A stretch of DNA of 64,000 bases, from contig DATEBA010000012.1 in assembly GCA_035288045.1 (NCBI GenBank), forward strand, positions 15,979 to 79,978, read 5' to 3'. The translations under genes and the position numbers were made by a program. Below are positions 10,027 to 19,673 of the stretch, in pieces. Source of the stretch: Actinomycetota bacterium (lineage in GTDB: Bacteria; Actinomycetota; UBA4738; HRBIN12). The notes beneath the pieces are model-generated. The model made no database searches. It worked only from the letters and a program-made list of their open reading frames with translations, and had not been told where the DNA came from. Each line of letters starts with the position of its first letter. Within the stretch, counting starts at the first letter, position 1.

Positions 10027-11334
10027 GTGCCGATCCGCCGTACCGAGTTCGGCTCCGGCCTCAGGGTCGTAACCGAACGGATGCCAGGCGTGCGCTCGGT
10101 GGCACTCGGCTTCTGGGTGCTGGCCGGCTCGCGCGACGAGCAGCCTCGCATCAGCGGCTCGTCGCACTTCCTAGAGCACCTGCTGTTCAAGGGAACGCGG
10201 ACCCGGTCGGCGCGCGACATCGCCGAGGCCTTCGACGCCGTTGGCGGCGATGTGAACGCGTTCACCGCCAAGGAGTACACCTGCTTCTACGCGCGGGTAC
10301 TCGACCGAGATCTCCCGATGGCCGTCGCTCACCTCTGCGACATGCTTCAGCACTCGGTGATCCGCGCCCGGGACGTCGACGCGGAGCGCCAAGTCATCCT
10401 CGAGGAGATCAACATGCACGATGACGATCCGGGCGACCTCGTGCACGACCTGTTCACCGAGACCCTCTGGCCGGGCCACCGGCTCGGCCGCCCGATCCTC
10501 GGCACTCGCGAGACCGTCGAGGCGGCCTCCCGCGAGCAGATCCGGCGGTTCTACAAGGGCCATTACACACCCGGGAACCTCGTCATCTCTGCTGCGGGGA
10601 GCGTCGATCACGATGGGTTGCTCCAGGCGATCCGGAGCGGCATGGAGACCGGGCGCGTGAAGGCCGACGGCGACGCCTCCGGGTGGAGGCTCCGCGCGAG
10701 CGGGGAGGAGCCTCGGCCGTCCGGCAAGACTTTGGTGCGGCGACGCGCAACCGAGCAGGGGCACATCTGCATCGGCACGAACGGGCTCCCCCGCGGCGAC
10801 CGCGACCGGTTCGCTTTCGGCATCACGAACGCGGCTCTTGGGGGCGGGATGTCCTCCAGACTGTTCCAGGAGATCCGCGAGAAGCGCGGGCTCGTGTACT
10901 CCGTGTACAGCTACCACACGATGTACACGGAGGCCGGGGTGTTCGCCACGTATGTGGGGACGACGCCGGCACGCGCCGGGCAGGTGATCGATCTCGTGCG
11001 GGCCGAGCTCGAGGACATGGCGTCGGGCGGTCTCGCCGAGGAGGAGTTCGAGCGTGGGAAGGGCCATATGATGGGCTCGCTCGTGCTCTCGCTGGAGGAT
11101 CCCGGAGGACGGATGTCGCGGTTGGGCAAGTCGGAGATCTCCCACGGCGAGATCCTCACCGTCGATCAGATCCTGCGGCGGATCTCTCGAGTGTCGCTCG
11201 ACCAGGCGCAGGCCGCCGCGGCACGCGTGCTCTCTCGCCCCCTCACCCTTGCCGTGCTCGGGCCGTTCGACGAGGAGGAGTTCGGCGCGACCGACGCGGA
11301 GACGCTTGCGGCGCACCACGTGGGGGTGCCGTGA
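10027..11334 (+). CDS. M16-family zinc peptidase (pitrilysin/insulinase-like, PepR-type)
   Basis: HFLEHLLFKGT inverted zincin motif (HxxEH); position downstream of pnp as in actinobacteria. Confidence 0.85.
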   Translation: MPIRRTEFGSGLRVVTERMPGVRSVALGFWVLAGSRDEQPRISGSSHFLEHLLFKGTRTRSARDIAEAFDAVGGDVNAFTAKEYTCFYARVLDRDLPMAVAHLCDMLQHSVIRARDVDAERQVILEEINMHDDDPGDLVHDLFTETLWPGHRLGRPILGTRETVEAASREQIRRFYKGHYTPGNLVISAAGSVDHDGLLQAIRSGMETGRVKADGDASGWRLRASGEEPRPSGKTLVRRRATEQGHICIGTNGLPRGDRDRFAFGITNAALGGGMSSRLFQEIREKRGLVYSVYSYHTMYTEAGVFATYVGTTPARAGQVIDLVRAELEDMASGGLAEEEFERGKGHMMGSLVLSLEDPGGRMSRLGKSEISHGEILTVDQILRRISRVSLDQAQAAAARVLSRPLTLAVLGPFDEEEFGATDAETLAAHHVGVP

Positions 11335-12140
11335 TCCGCGTCGGGGTTGTCGGCGCCTGCGGTCGGATGGGCCAGATCGTGTGCAGGACCGTCGTCGAGG
11401 ACCCGGACCTCGCCCTGGTCGCCGCGATCGACCGCTCACGAGTGGGAGAGCGGATCGGGCCGCTCGTCGGGCACCCGGAGATCAACGGAGTCAACGTCTC
11501 CGACGAGCTCGACTCGCTCACCGACGCCGAGTGCGAGGTGGCCGTCGACTTCACGCACCCCGACGTGGTGCGCGAAAACGTCCGCTGGTGCGTCGCTCAC
11601 GCGGTGAACCTAGTCGTGGGAACGACCGGTCTCACCGAGCCCGACCTGAACGGCTTCCGTGAGCTACTGGAGCACGAGGGTGGCGAGTCCAACGTGATCG
11701 TCGCACCAAACTTCGCGCTCGGTGCGGTGCTCATGCAGCACTTCTCCGCGATCGCCGCGCGGTTCCTCCCGGCTGCCGAGGTGATCGAGCTGCACCACGA
11801 GGGTAAGGCCGATGCCCCATCGGGGACGGCTCTGGCGACGGTTCGGAGGATCCTCGGCGAGCGCCAAGCCGAGTATCGGGGCCCCGACGCCGAGTCGCTC
11901 GAGGGCGCGCGCGGCGGCGAGCTGCAGGGCGTTCGCGTGCACTCGGTTCGCCTGCCGGGGCTGGTGGCGCACCAAGAGGTCATCTTCGGCGGGCAGGGCC
12001 AGACGCTCACGATCCGGCACGACTCGATGGATCGTAGCTCCTTCATGCCCGGGGTCGTGATGGCAGTAAAGGCGATCGCGTCGCGTCGCGGGCTTACCGT
12101 CGGGCTGGAGCAGCTCCTCGACCTGCCGCCGACGCGGTGA
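11331..12140 (+). CDS. dapB: 4-hydroxy-tetrahydrodipicolinate reductase
   Basis: N-terminal IRVGVVGACGRMG Rossmann motif with a DapB C-terminal domain. GTG start overlaps the M16 stop. The longer ORF 10683..12140 is an in-frame upstream artefact. Confidence 0.85.
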   Translation: MIRVGVVGACGRMGQIVCRTVVEDPDLALVAAIDRSRVGERIGPLVGHPEINGVNVSDELDSLTDAECEVAVDFTHPDVVRENVRWCVAHAVNLVVGTTGLTEPDLNGFRELLEHEGGESNVIVAPNFALGAVLMQHFSAIAARFLPAAEVIELHHEGKADAPSGTALATVRRILGERQAEYRGPDAESLEGARGGELQGVRVHSVRLPGLVAHQEVIFGGQGQTLTIRHDSMDRSSFMPGVVMAVKAIASRRGLTVGLEQLLDLPPTR

Positions 12141-12934
12141 CCCGGAGCCTCGCGGCCGTCTTCGCACATCCCGACGACGACGCGTACGGGGTCTCGGGTT
12201 CCGTCGCTCTCCTTGCCGGCGGTCTCGAGCTGACCGTCGTTCTCGCGACGAGCGGGGAGGCGGGTCGGCTAGCCGACTCGAGCCTCGCGACTCCGGAAAC
12301 TCTCGGGCGGGTGCGCGAGGAGGAGGACCGCGCCTCGTGGCGCGCGATCGGGATCACCCCACAGCGTCTGGAGTTCCTGCGCTATCCCGACGGAGGTCTA
12401 GCCGGTGTCTCTAGCGACGAGCTCGTCGAGCGGGTCGCGTCGGTGCTCGCGGAGACGCGGCCCGAGGTGGTCATCTCCTTCGGTCCGGACGGGGTAACCG
12501 GGCACGGTGACCACGTCGCGATCGCCACCGCCACCGAGGAGGCCTTCCTCCGATCGCGTGAGGCCTCGGAACATGACGACGCGTTCCGTCGCCTGCTCCG
12601 TGTGGCGATCCCGGAGAGCCGGCTCGAGCGGCTCGGCGAGCGTCTGCGCGAGCACGGACTCGAGCCGCTCGAGCCGACGCAGCCGTTCCAGCCTCGCGGG
12701 GTGCCCGATGACCGGATCGCGGTGTCCGTCGACGTGTCGAGCGTATACGCGAAGAAGCTCGAGGCAGTCCGTGCGCACCGCAGCCAGGACGAGATGGTCG
12801 ACCTCCCGTCCGATCTCTGGCCGATGCTCCTCGGCGAGGAGCACTTCGTCCTGGGATGGCCCGAGCGCTCCGCCGGAGCGCCCCTGCTGCGAAGCGTTTT
12901 CGAGGGACTGCCGACGCCCGGACGCTCGCGGTGA
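12137..12934 (+). CDS. PIG-L/LmbE-family deacetylase (MshB/Mca-like)
   Basis: AHPDDD zinc-binding motif near the N-terminus and a GHGDH motif. Confidence 0.8.
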   Translation: MTRSLAAVFAHPDDDAYGVSGSVALLAGGLELTVVLATSGEAGRLADSSLATPETLGRVREEEDRASWRAIGITPQRLEFLRYPDGGLAGVSSDELVERVASVLAETRPEVVISFGPDGVTGHGDHVAIATATEEAFLRSREASEHDDAFRRLLRVAIPESRLERLGERLREHGLEPLEPTQPFQPRGVPDDRIAVSVDVSSVYAKKLEAVRAHRSQDEMVDLPSDLWPMLLGEEHFVLGWPERSAGAPLLRSVFEGLPTPGRSR

Positions 12935-13024
12935 ACCGCGCCCTCTCGCGCTCGACCGATTCGCGCTGCGGCACTGCCGGAGATAGGCTCGTGCCGGGCC
13001 CACTGCCCATGGGCCCCCAGGGGG

Positions 13025-14098
13025 TTGGCGATGCGGGCAGAGGTCGCGAAGGAAGCAGTCACCCGCGTCGTCTTGGGTGCTCTTGTAGCCGCGTCGCTAC
13101 TCACAGGCACCCAGGCGTCGGCGGGCCTGCGCTGCGCGGGCAAGGCGGCCACGATCGTCGGGACGCGCCATTCGGACTCGATCGCGGGAACACCCGGGCC
13201 CGACGTCATCGTGGGACGCGCCGGGCACGACGTGATCATCGGCCTCGGGAGCCGCGACCGGATCTGCGGTGGACGAGGGGGCGACAGGATCCGGGCCGGA
13301 AGGGGTCCCGATCGCGTCTTCGGAGAACGGGGGAACGACCGGATCCGCGGCGCCGAGGGAGAGGACCTGGTCGAGGGCGCGGCGGGTCGCGACCGCGTGG
13401 TCGGAGGCTCCGACGCCGACACGATCTCGGGCGCCGAGGGCGCCGACCGGCTGCTCGGCGGCTCGGACGCGGACCGCCTCTTCGGCGGCCGGGGGGAGGA
13501 TCTTCTCGTCGGTGGTCCCGGGAAGGACTCCTTGAGCGGCGGCGGGAACGCCGACCGGTTCGGGGGCGGACCGGGCTCGGATCTCCTCGGGGACGAGCGG
13601 AGCGAGCAGGGCGACGATGTCGGCTTCGGCGGCAAGGGCCGGGACGTCATCGCACTCGGTGAGGGCGACGATGTGCTGAAAGGAGGGCTCGGCCGGGATC
13701 AGGCGTCGTACTACGTCGCTGCGGCCGGGATCCGAGCGAACCTCGACCGCGAGGTTGCGCGCGGCGAGGGTTCGGACCGGCTCGTCGGGATCGAGGACGT
13801 CATCGCGTCCCGCTTCGGGCACGACGACGTGCTCATCGGCGACGAGGGACCGAACGCCCTATCGGGCGGAGACCTGGCCGCTGCCGGCGCCGACGTGATC
13901 GGCGGTAGAGAGGGACGAGACGACCTTGCCGGGGGGTTCGGGGGCGACACGATCCGCGGGGGCGCGAACGGCGACCGGCTCTTCGGGGGAGGAGGCGACG
14001 ACCTCCTGAACGGCGGTCAGGGCGCCGATCGGCTCAGGGGAGGCCTGGGTGTCGACGAGTGCGTGCGGGGCGAGCTCATCATCGGGTGCGAGGTCTAG
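13025..14098 (+). CDS. Secreted protein with hemolysin-type (RTX-like) calcium-binding nonapeptide repeats; paralog family member 1
   Basis: Signal peptide, then many G-x-D-x-[IL]-x-G-G repeats and a C-terminal Cys pair (ECVRGELIIGCEV). Paralogous to 44743..45780 and 58012..58587. Confidence 0.7.
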   Translation: MAMRAEVAKEAVTRVVLGALVAASLLTGTQASAGLRCAGKAATIVGTRHSDSIAGTPGPDVIVGRAGHDVIIGLGSRDRICGGRGGDRIRAGRGPDRVFGERGNDRIRGAEGEDLVEGAAGRDRVVGGSDADTISGAEGADRLLGGSDADRLFGGRGEDLLVGGPGKDSLSGGGNADRFGGGPGSDLLGDERSEQGDDVGFGGKGRDVIALGEGDDVLKGGLGRDQASYYVAAAGIRANLDREVARGEGSDRLVGIEDVIASRFGHDDVLIGDEGPNALSGGDLAAAGADVIGGREGRDDLAGGFGGDTIRGGANGDRLFGGGGDDLLNGGQGADRLRGGLGVDECVRGELIIGCEV

Positions 14099-14550
14099 CC
14101 GAGCCTGATCTGCTCCACCTCTATCGTCCCGCTATCGTCTTGGGTTAGGAGGACGCCCTCGCACTCTCCGAGCGGCTCGATCTCTCGGTCGGTCAGGCCG
14201 AGCACCGCCTTCTCGATCAGCGGGGTGTGACCGACGGCGAGACCGCGGCCTCCTTCGGGGACACGGGAGAGGAGCTCGCGGAGGACGGCCGCCAGCCGGG
14301 AAGGAGTGCGGTCTCCGTCGCTCTCGCCGACCAGACCCGGGACCACGTCGTGGGACGGTAGCGGTAGGCCGCGCCCTCGGAGCAACCACGCGACCGTCTC
14401 CGCTGCCCGCCGGGCGGGGGAGGTGAAGACTGCGGAGTAGCCACCGGCAAGGGTCCGGCCGACGTCCTCGGCCTGCGCACGGCCCTCGGGCGAGAGCCGG
14501 TCCTCTTCTGGGTCCCGCGCGGCATGCCGCCGCACCTCTAGGGAGCGCAT
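14095..14550 (-). CDS. Histidine phosphatase superfamily protein (SixA/phosphoglycerate-mutase-like)
   Basis: The RHAA motif (RHG variant) at the N-terminus and the overall size fit a SixA-like protein. Confidence 0.6.
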   Translation of the reverse strand: MRSLEVRRHAARDPEEDRLSPEGRAQAEDVGRTLAGGYSAVFTSPARRAAETVAWLLRGRGLPLPSHDVVPGLVGESDGDRTPSRLAAVLRELLSRVPEGGRGLAVGHTPLIEKAVLGLTDREIEPLGECEGVLLTQDDSGTIEVEQIRLG

Positions 14551-14579
14551 CGGGTCACCACCTCCCGGGTTCGCGTATC

Positions 14580-15035
14580 ATGCCGCAATCCATGAGGACC
14601 AAGCTCGCTTCCACCCTGCTCGTCGCCCTGCTAGCTCTGGGCACGGCCGCCTGCGACAAGGCCAAGAGCCAGCCAGACAGCGACGGCACGATCACCACGC
14701 CCCCGGAGGAATCGGTCGGCCCGATCGGGACGACGAAGGACGAGTTCCGCTACCAGAACGCCGGCCTAGTAGCGGTCCTCAAGTTCCGGGGGAAGGGCGG
14801 GACGCTCCAGGTCGAGAACGACTCCGGGTTCGACCTCCCGACGCCCGGCTTCTACGTCCTTGACGCGCGTGACGGCCACGAGATCGAGGGGACGGTAGAG
14901 GGATCCGAGCCCGTTCCCGACGGGGAGAAGAAGACCTTCCAGATCTCGGTCGGCGAGGGCTTCGAGCTCGAGAACGTCGGTCTCGTGATCTTGCTCATGG
15001 GCGAGGACAACTACGGCGCCTTCGTGAACGTCTAG
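14580..15035 (+). CDS. Putative secreted lipoprotein, function unknown
   Basis: Signal peptide ending LALGTAAC (lipobox-like Cys). Confidence 0.5.
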   Translation: MPQSMRTKLASTLLVALLALGTAACDKAKSQPDSDGTITTPPEESVGPIGTTKDEFRYQNAGLVAVLKFRGKGGTLQVENDSGFDLPTPGFYVLDARDGHEIEGTVEGSEPVPDGEKKTFQISVGEGFELENVGLVILLMGEDNYGAFVNV

Positions 15036-15102
15036 CGGGGAGTTGCGCCGGGGGTTGCGCCCTGAATAGACTCCCCTCGTCTGTTCCTGAGAGGGGCCTG
15101 GG

Positions 15103-16284
15103 ATGGTGCCTCGACCAGCGCTACGGAGCGCCCTCGCGGTTGTGCTGGCCACGTCTCTCGCCCTCACGACCGCACCCGGGGCGGCCGCCCACGACAACCG
15201 CTTCCGCGACGGGAACGACACGCCCGGAGCGCTGGATCTCGCCCAGGCTGCGGTCGGGCACGACCGTGGAGTCGTCCACACCTTCACGACGCACGAGAGA
15301 TGGCCCGCGAAGCTCCTGAAGGAGGACGGTTTCTTCGTGCTCGGCATAGACCTGAACGGCGACAGGGACTATGAGCTGAACGCGTTCGTCTTCTACTTCC
15401 GAGGGGGCATCAGGGGGATCCTGGTCAGGGGGCGTCGGCTCGTGGCGAAGCTTCCCGCATCCAAGACAAGCTCCAGATCCGCGAAGGTCGAGATCCCGGA
15501 GCGCTACCTGCTCCCCGGCTACTGGTGGGCCGCGTTCAGCATCTACGCGCCCGATGAAGGGAAATGCGAGAAAGGATGCATCGACGCGCTACCGAACAGA
15601 TTCCCGCTGATCGCCCACGACCTCGAAGCGCCGACGATCAAACTCGAGTCGTTCCCCCGGATCTCGACGACGGCCTCGAACACCACGAGCTTCCCGGTGT
15701 CCTTCAGGGTCAACGACGACGGGCCCGGCAAGCTCATGTGGAGCCTCGACCGGCGCGCCTACGGAACGCAGTCCTGGTCCTCGATCGAGACCGGTAGGTC
15801 CGAGGGCGACAAGATCATCAGGGTGGACGGGCGTGAGGGCGCCACTTACGAGTTCCGGGTGCGAGCGACGGACGGCCAAAACTCGAGGGTGAGCCCAACG
15901 CGCGTGGTCATCGTTCCCTACGACGATCGGAACAAGCTCCTCACATACGACGGCCCCGGAGGAGAGTCGGACTGGTCCTCCGACGCGGTCAGCGGCTACT
16001 TCCAGGGAACGCGGCACGAGTCCTCGATCGCAGGCGCGACGATTGAGTTCACGTTCACCGGTAGGTACCTCGCCATCTACGGGGGGCCGACCGCCGGTGG
16101 AACCGGACGGATCCTGGTCGACGGGGAACAGGTCGACACTTTCTCCGAGGACTCCTCGACGAACAAGGGTCAGAAGATCGCCGAGCGGGGTTGGGGGGCG
16201 GCCCGTGAGCGCACCATCACCATCGAGGTGACCTCCGGGACGATACTCATAGACGCGATCGTAGCGACTCCCGCTTCGCTTTGA
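15103..16284 (+). CDS. Secreted hypothetical protein (possible Ig/fn3-like middle domain)
   Basis: Clear signal peptide (ATSLALTTAPGAAAH). No catalytic motif recognised. Confidence 0.5.
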   Translation: MVPRPALRSALAVVLATSLALTTAPGAAAHDNRFRDGNDTPGALDLAQAAVGHDRGVVHTFTTHERWPAKLLKEDGFFVLGIDLNGDRDYELNAFVFYFRGGIRGILVRGRRLVAKLPASKTSSRSAKVEIPERYLLPGYWWAAFSIYAPDEGKCEKGCIDALPNRFPLIAHDLEAPTIKLESFPRISTTASNTTSFPVSFRVNDDGPGKLMWSLDRRAYGTQSWSSIETGRSEGDKIIRVDGREGATYEFRVRATDGQNSRVSPTRVVIVPYDDRNKLLTYDGPGGESDWSSDAVSGYFQGTRHESSIAGATIEFTFTGRYLAIYGGPTAGGTGRILVDGEQVDTFSEDSSTNKGQKIAERGWGAARERTITIEVTSGTILIDAIVATPASL

Positions 16285-16321
16285 CCGCGGGCCGCAGCGC
16301 GCCGGCGGGGTCGCCGGGCGG

Positions 16322-16864
16322 CTAGCGTGTGCCGGGCTCGGTCTCGCCGGCCTCGCGGCGGGCGATCACGAATAGCAGGTCGGAGAGCCGGTTCAGGTAG
16401 CGAACGACGTCTTCGTTCACAACCCCTCCGGCGTTCCGCATGTCGACGACGCGCCGTTCGGCCCGCCGCACTATGGTCCTCGCCACGTCGAGCGTCGCCG
16501 ACACGGGGTTCGCGCCGGGTACCACGAACTCGCGGGGGAGGGGACTATCCGCGACGATCGCGTCGATCCGCCGCTCGAGCCCCTCGATCATCTCCGCCGT
16601 CACGAGCGACACCCCCCGCTCCAGCTTCTCGCGCCGCTCGGGGTTGGTCGCGAGGTCCGCTCCCAACACGAAGAGCTCCCGCTGCAGGGTGAGGATCTCC
16701 TCCTTTACCGCGGGATCGCCGGATAGGGCCCTGGCCAGCCCGAGAACGGCGACGGCCTCGTCGACGGTTCCGTAGGCAAGCGTCACCCAGTCCGCCTTCG
16801 ACACCCGGCCGCCGTGGAACAGCCCCGTCGTTCCATCATCGCCCGTCCGTGTGTAGATGCGCAC
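16322..16864 (-). CDS. ATP:cob(I)alamin adenosyltransferase, PduO-type
   Basis: VRIYTRTGDDGTTGL N-terminal signature. The GTG start at 16864 is preferred over the longer 16948 extension. Confidence 0.8.
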   Translation of the reverse strand: MRIYTRTGDDGTTGLFHGGRVSKADWVTLAYGTVDEAVAVLGLARALSGDPAVKEEILTLQRELFVLGADLATNPERREKLERGVSLVTAEMIEGLERRIDAIVADSPLPREFVVPGANPVSATLDVARTIVRRAERRVVDMRNAGGVVNEDVVRYLNRLSDLLFVIARREAGETEPGTR

Positions 16865-17124
16865 CGGACGGCTAGGATAGCGAGGACAACTGCACCAACG
16901 CACGAGATGCACGAGCAACGCACACGACGTGTTCAACATGTGACTCATGTGGCTCTTATTCCACTTGTGCGGTTGGTTGAACGGTGGTATCGTGCCCTCC
17001 TCTCGTTGGGGGGCGGCCGTGGCAAGGCAGGGCGCCTGACCGGGGCCCGGCCGCCCGCCCGGCGACCAGGTCGGCTACCAGTTCGGCCACCCGTCCGCCG
17101 CCGCACCCGGGGCAAGGAGGAACG

Positions 17125-18009
17125 ATGACCGGTAGGTTCGGGGCGGTCGTCACCGCCATGGTCACCCCGTTCCGGGACGACCACTCGCTCGATCTCGACA
17201 CGGCGCAGGAGCTGGCCGGCTATCTGCTGGAGCACGGCTCGGACGCCGTGGTGGTGACCGGCTCGACGGGCGAGGCGCCGACGCTCACCCATCAGGAGAA
17301 GGCCGAGCTCTATCGGGCCGTCACCGAGGCGGCACGCGGCAAGGGCAAGGTGATCTGCGGAACCGGCACGTACTCGACCGCAGAGACCCTTCAACTGACC
17401 GAGGCGGCCGAGGAGGCCGGCGCCGACGGCCTGCTCGTCGTCACGCCGTACTACAACAAACCCCCTCAGCGCGGCCTGATCGCGCACTTCCAGCGCGTCG
17501 CCGACGCGACCGCTCTGCCGATCATCGCGTACAACATCCCCGGCCGGACGGCGACGAGGATCGAGCACGAGACGCTTCTGCAGCTCGCGGCCGTTGCGAA
17601 CATCGTTGCGGTGAAGGACTCCACCGGCGACTTCCAGGGGATCTCCCGGCTCGTGGGCGAGGCGCCACCCGACTTCGAGGTGTACTCGGGCGACGACTGG
17701 GCGACCTTCGGGTACGTCTGCCTCGGTGCGGTCGGGGTCGTATCGGTCGCCTCGCACCTCGTCGGGAACAGGATCAGACAAATGATCGACCTGATCGAGG
17801 GCGGCGACCACGCTGCCGCGCGCAAGATCCACCGCGAGCTCGAGCCTCTGTTCAATGCCCTCTTCATCACGAGCAACCCGATCCCTGTGAAGGCTGCGCT
17901 CGAGATGGTCGGCCGCGCGGCCGGCCCGCCCCGGCTCCCGCTGGTGCCGGCCACGCCGGACGAGCGCAAGCGCATCCAGAAAGCCCTGGAGGATGCCGGC
18001 CTCCTCTAG
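17125..18009 (+). CDS. dapA: 4-hydroxy-tetrahydrodipicolinate synthase
   Basis: TAMVTPF...GSTGE motifs with AAGGAGGAAC RBS. The upstream in-frame extension from 16984 is rejected. Confidence 0.9.
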   Translation: MTGRFGAVVTAMVTPFRDDHSLDLDTAQELAGYLLEHGSDAVVVTGSTGEAPTLTHQEKAELYRAVTEAARGKGKVICGTGTYSTAETLQLTEAAEEAGADGLLVVTPYYNKPPQRGLIAHFQRVADATALPIIAYNIPGRTATRIEHETLLQLAAVANIVAVKDSTGDFQGISRLVGEAPPDFEVYSGDDWATFGYVCLGAVGVVSVASHLVGNRIRQMIDLIEGGDHAAARKIHRELEPLFNALFITSNPIPVKAALEMVGRAAGPPRLPLVPATPDERKRIQKALEDAGLL

Positions 18010-19672
18010 CCAGGACGGACCCGCGCGCGTCGTCTTCCTCGGCGGGGTCGGCGAGGTGGGCCGGAACATGGCCTGCGTCGAGCTGTCCGATCGCATCCTG
18101 ATAGTCGACGTCGGATTGTCGTTCCCCACCGCGGAGATGCCCGGGGTCGACCTGGTCCTTCCCGACTTCGAGTACCTCCGGGACAACGCCGGACGGATCG
18201 AGGCGGTCGTGCTCACTCACGGCCACGAGGACCATATCGGCGGGCTTCCGTACCTCCTCCGCGAGTTCGAGGGACGGCTGCCGGTCCTCGGCACACCGTT
18301 CACGCTCGCCCTGCTCGAGGGCAAACTGGAGGAGCACGGCATGCGCGAGCGCGCCGACCTCCGCGAGGCGGTCGTGGGCGAAGGCTCGATCGTAGGGCCG
18401 TTCTCGATGCGGTTCATACGGGTCACCCACTCGATCCCCGACGGGATGGCGGTGGCGATAGACACGCCGTACGGGACGATCCTGCACACCGGCGACTTCA
18501 AGATCGACCAGACGCCCCTGGACGGGCGACCGACCGACCTGCATGCCCTTGCCGAGGAGGCCAATCGCGGGGTTCACCTGCTGCTCTCCGACTCGACGAA
18601 CGCCGAGGAGGCGGGTCACACGGCCAGCGAGCGGACGGTCGGGCCGGTCCTACACGACATCATCGCCGGCGCGTCGCAGCTGGTGGTGGTCGCGTGCTTC
18701 TCGAGCCACATCCACCGGATACAGCAGGTGGTGAACGCCGCGCGATCCAACGAGCGGGTCGTGGCGTTCCTCGGGCGCTCGATGCACCAGAGCGTCGCCG
18801 CGGCCCGGCGCCTGGGCATCCTGCGGGTCCCCGAAGAGGACGTCGTCCCGATCGAGGAGGTGGACGACCTCGATCCCGGTCGCGTCGTCGTGGTTTCGAC
18901 CGGCTCTCAGGGCGAGCCCTATTCGGCGCTCTCTCTGATGGCGGCCCGCGAGCACAAATGGGTGAAGCTCCGCGAGGGGGACAGCGTCGTGCTTTCATCG
19001 TCGCTGATCCCGGGCAACGAGCCGGCGATCCACCGTGTCGTCGACGGCCTCTACCGCACCGGCGCGAACGTCTTCCACGTTCCGGCGGCACCCGTACACG
19101 CGTCTGGGCATGCCGCCGTCGAGGAGCTGCGCCTGATGCTCTCGATGGTCCGGCCGCGGTGGTTCATCCCGATCCACGGGGAACGCCGCCACCTCAACCA
19201 CCACGCCCAGATCGCGCGCGAGGTCGGCGTTACCGCAGAGCACGTCCTGATCTGCGAGGACGGCGATCTGATCGAGGTTACCGAGGACGTGAAGATCGCC
19301 GGGCGGGTTCCGGCCGGGATGACCTTCGTCGACGGTCTCGGGATCGGCGACGTCGGGGGCCAGGTCCTCCGAGACCGCCGGAAGCTGTCCGGCGACGGGG
19401 TCGTCGTTGTCGTGGTGGCCGTCGACGCCCACCACGGCCAGATCGTGGGCGGCCCGGACATCATCAACCGGGGCTTCGTCTACGAGGAGACCTCGGCCGA
19501 CATCCTTGAACAGGCGGCGGACCGCGTCATGCTTTCGCTGAAGGAGAGCGCCGAGGCCGAGGTCACCGACCGGAGCGTGCTCCAACAGAACATCCGGCGG
19601 GTGCTGGGCAGGTACTTCTGGGAGGTCACCCAGCGCAAGCCGGTCATATTGCCCGTGATCATGGAGGTCTAG
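17993..19672 (+). CDS. rnj: Ribonuclease J (metallo-beta-lactamase / beta-CASP)
   Basis: THGHEDHIGG motif, beta-CASP architecture and the 559-aa size. Confidence 0.9.
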   Translation: MPASSSQDGPARVVFLGGVGEVGRNMACVELSDRILIVDVGLSFPTAEMPGVDLVLPDFEYLRDNAGRIEAVVLTHGHEDHIGGLPYLLREFEGRLPVLGTPFTLALLEGKLEEHGMRERADLREAVVGEGSIVGPFSMRFIRVTHSIPDGMAVAIDTPYGTILHTGDFKIDQTPLDGRPTDLHALAEEANRGVHLLLSDSTNAEEAGHTASERTVGPVLHDIIAGASQLVVVACFSSHIHRIQQVVNAARSNERVVAFLGRSMHQSVAAARRLGILRVPEEDVVPIEEVDDLDPGRVVVVSTGSQGEPYSALSLMAAREHKWVKLREGDSVVLSSSLIPGNEPAIHRVVDGLYRTGANVFHVPAAPVHASGHAAVEELRLMLSMVRPRWFIPIHGERRHLNHHAQIAREVGVTAEHVLICEDGDLIEVTEDVKIAGRVPAGMTFVDGLGIGDVGGQVLRDRRKLSGDGVVVVVVAVDAHHGQIVGGPDIINRGFVYEETSADILEQAADRVMLSLKESAEAEVTDRSVLQQNIRRVLGRYFWEVTQRKPVILPVIMEV

Positions 19673-19673
19673 G

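Noticed and set aside
10683-12140. 485-aa ORF as an N-terminally extended DapB
   Set aside because: The conserved DapB N-terminus (IRVGVVGACGRMG) begins at the GTG at 11331. The upstream extension overlaps the M16 peptidase gene.
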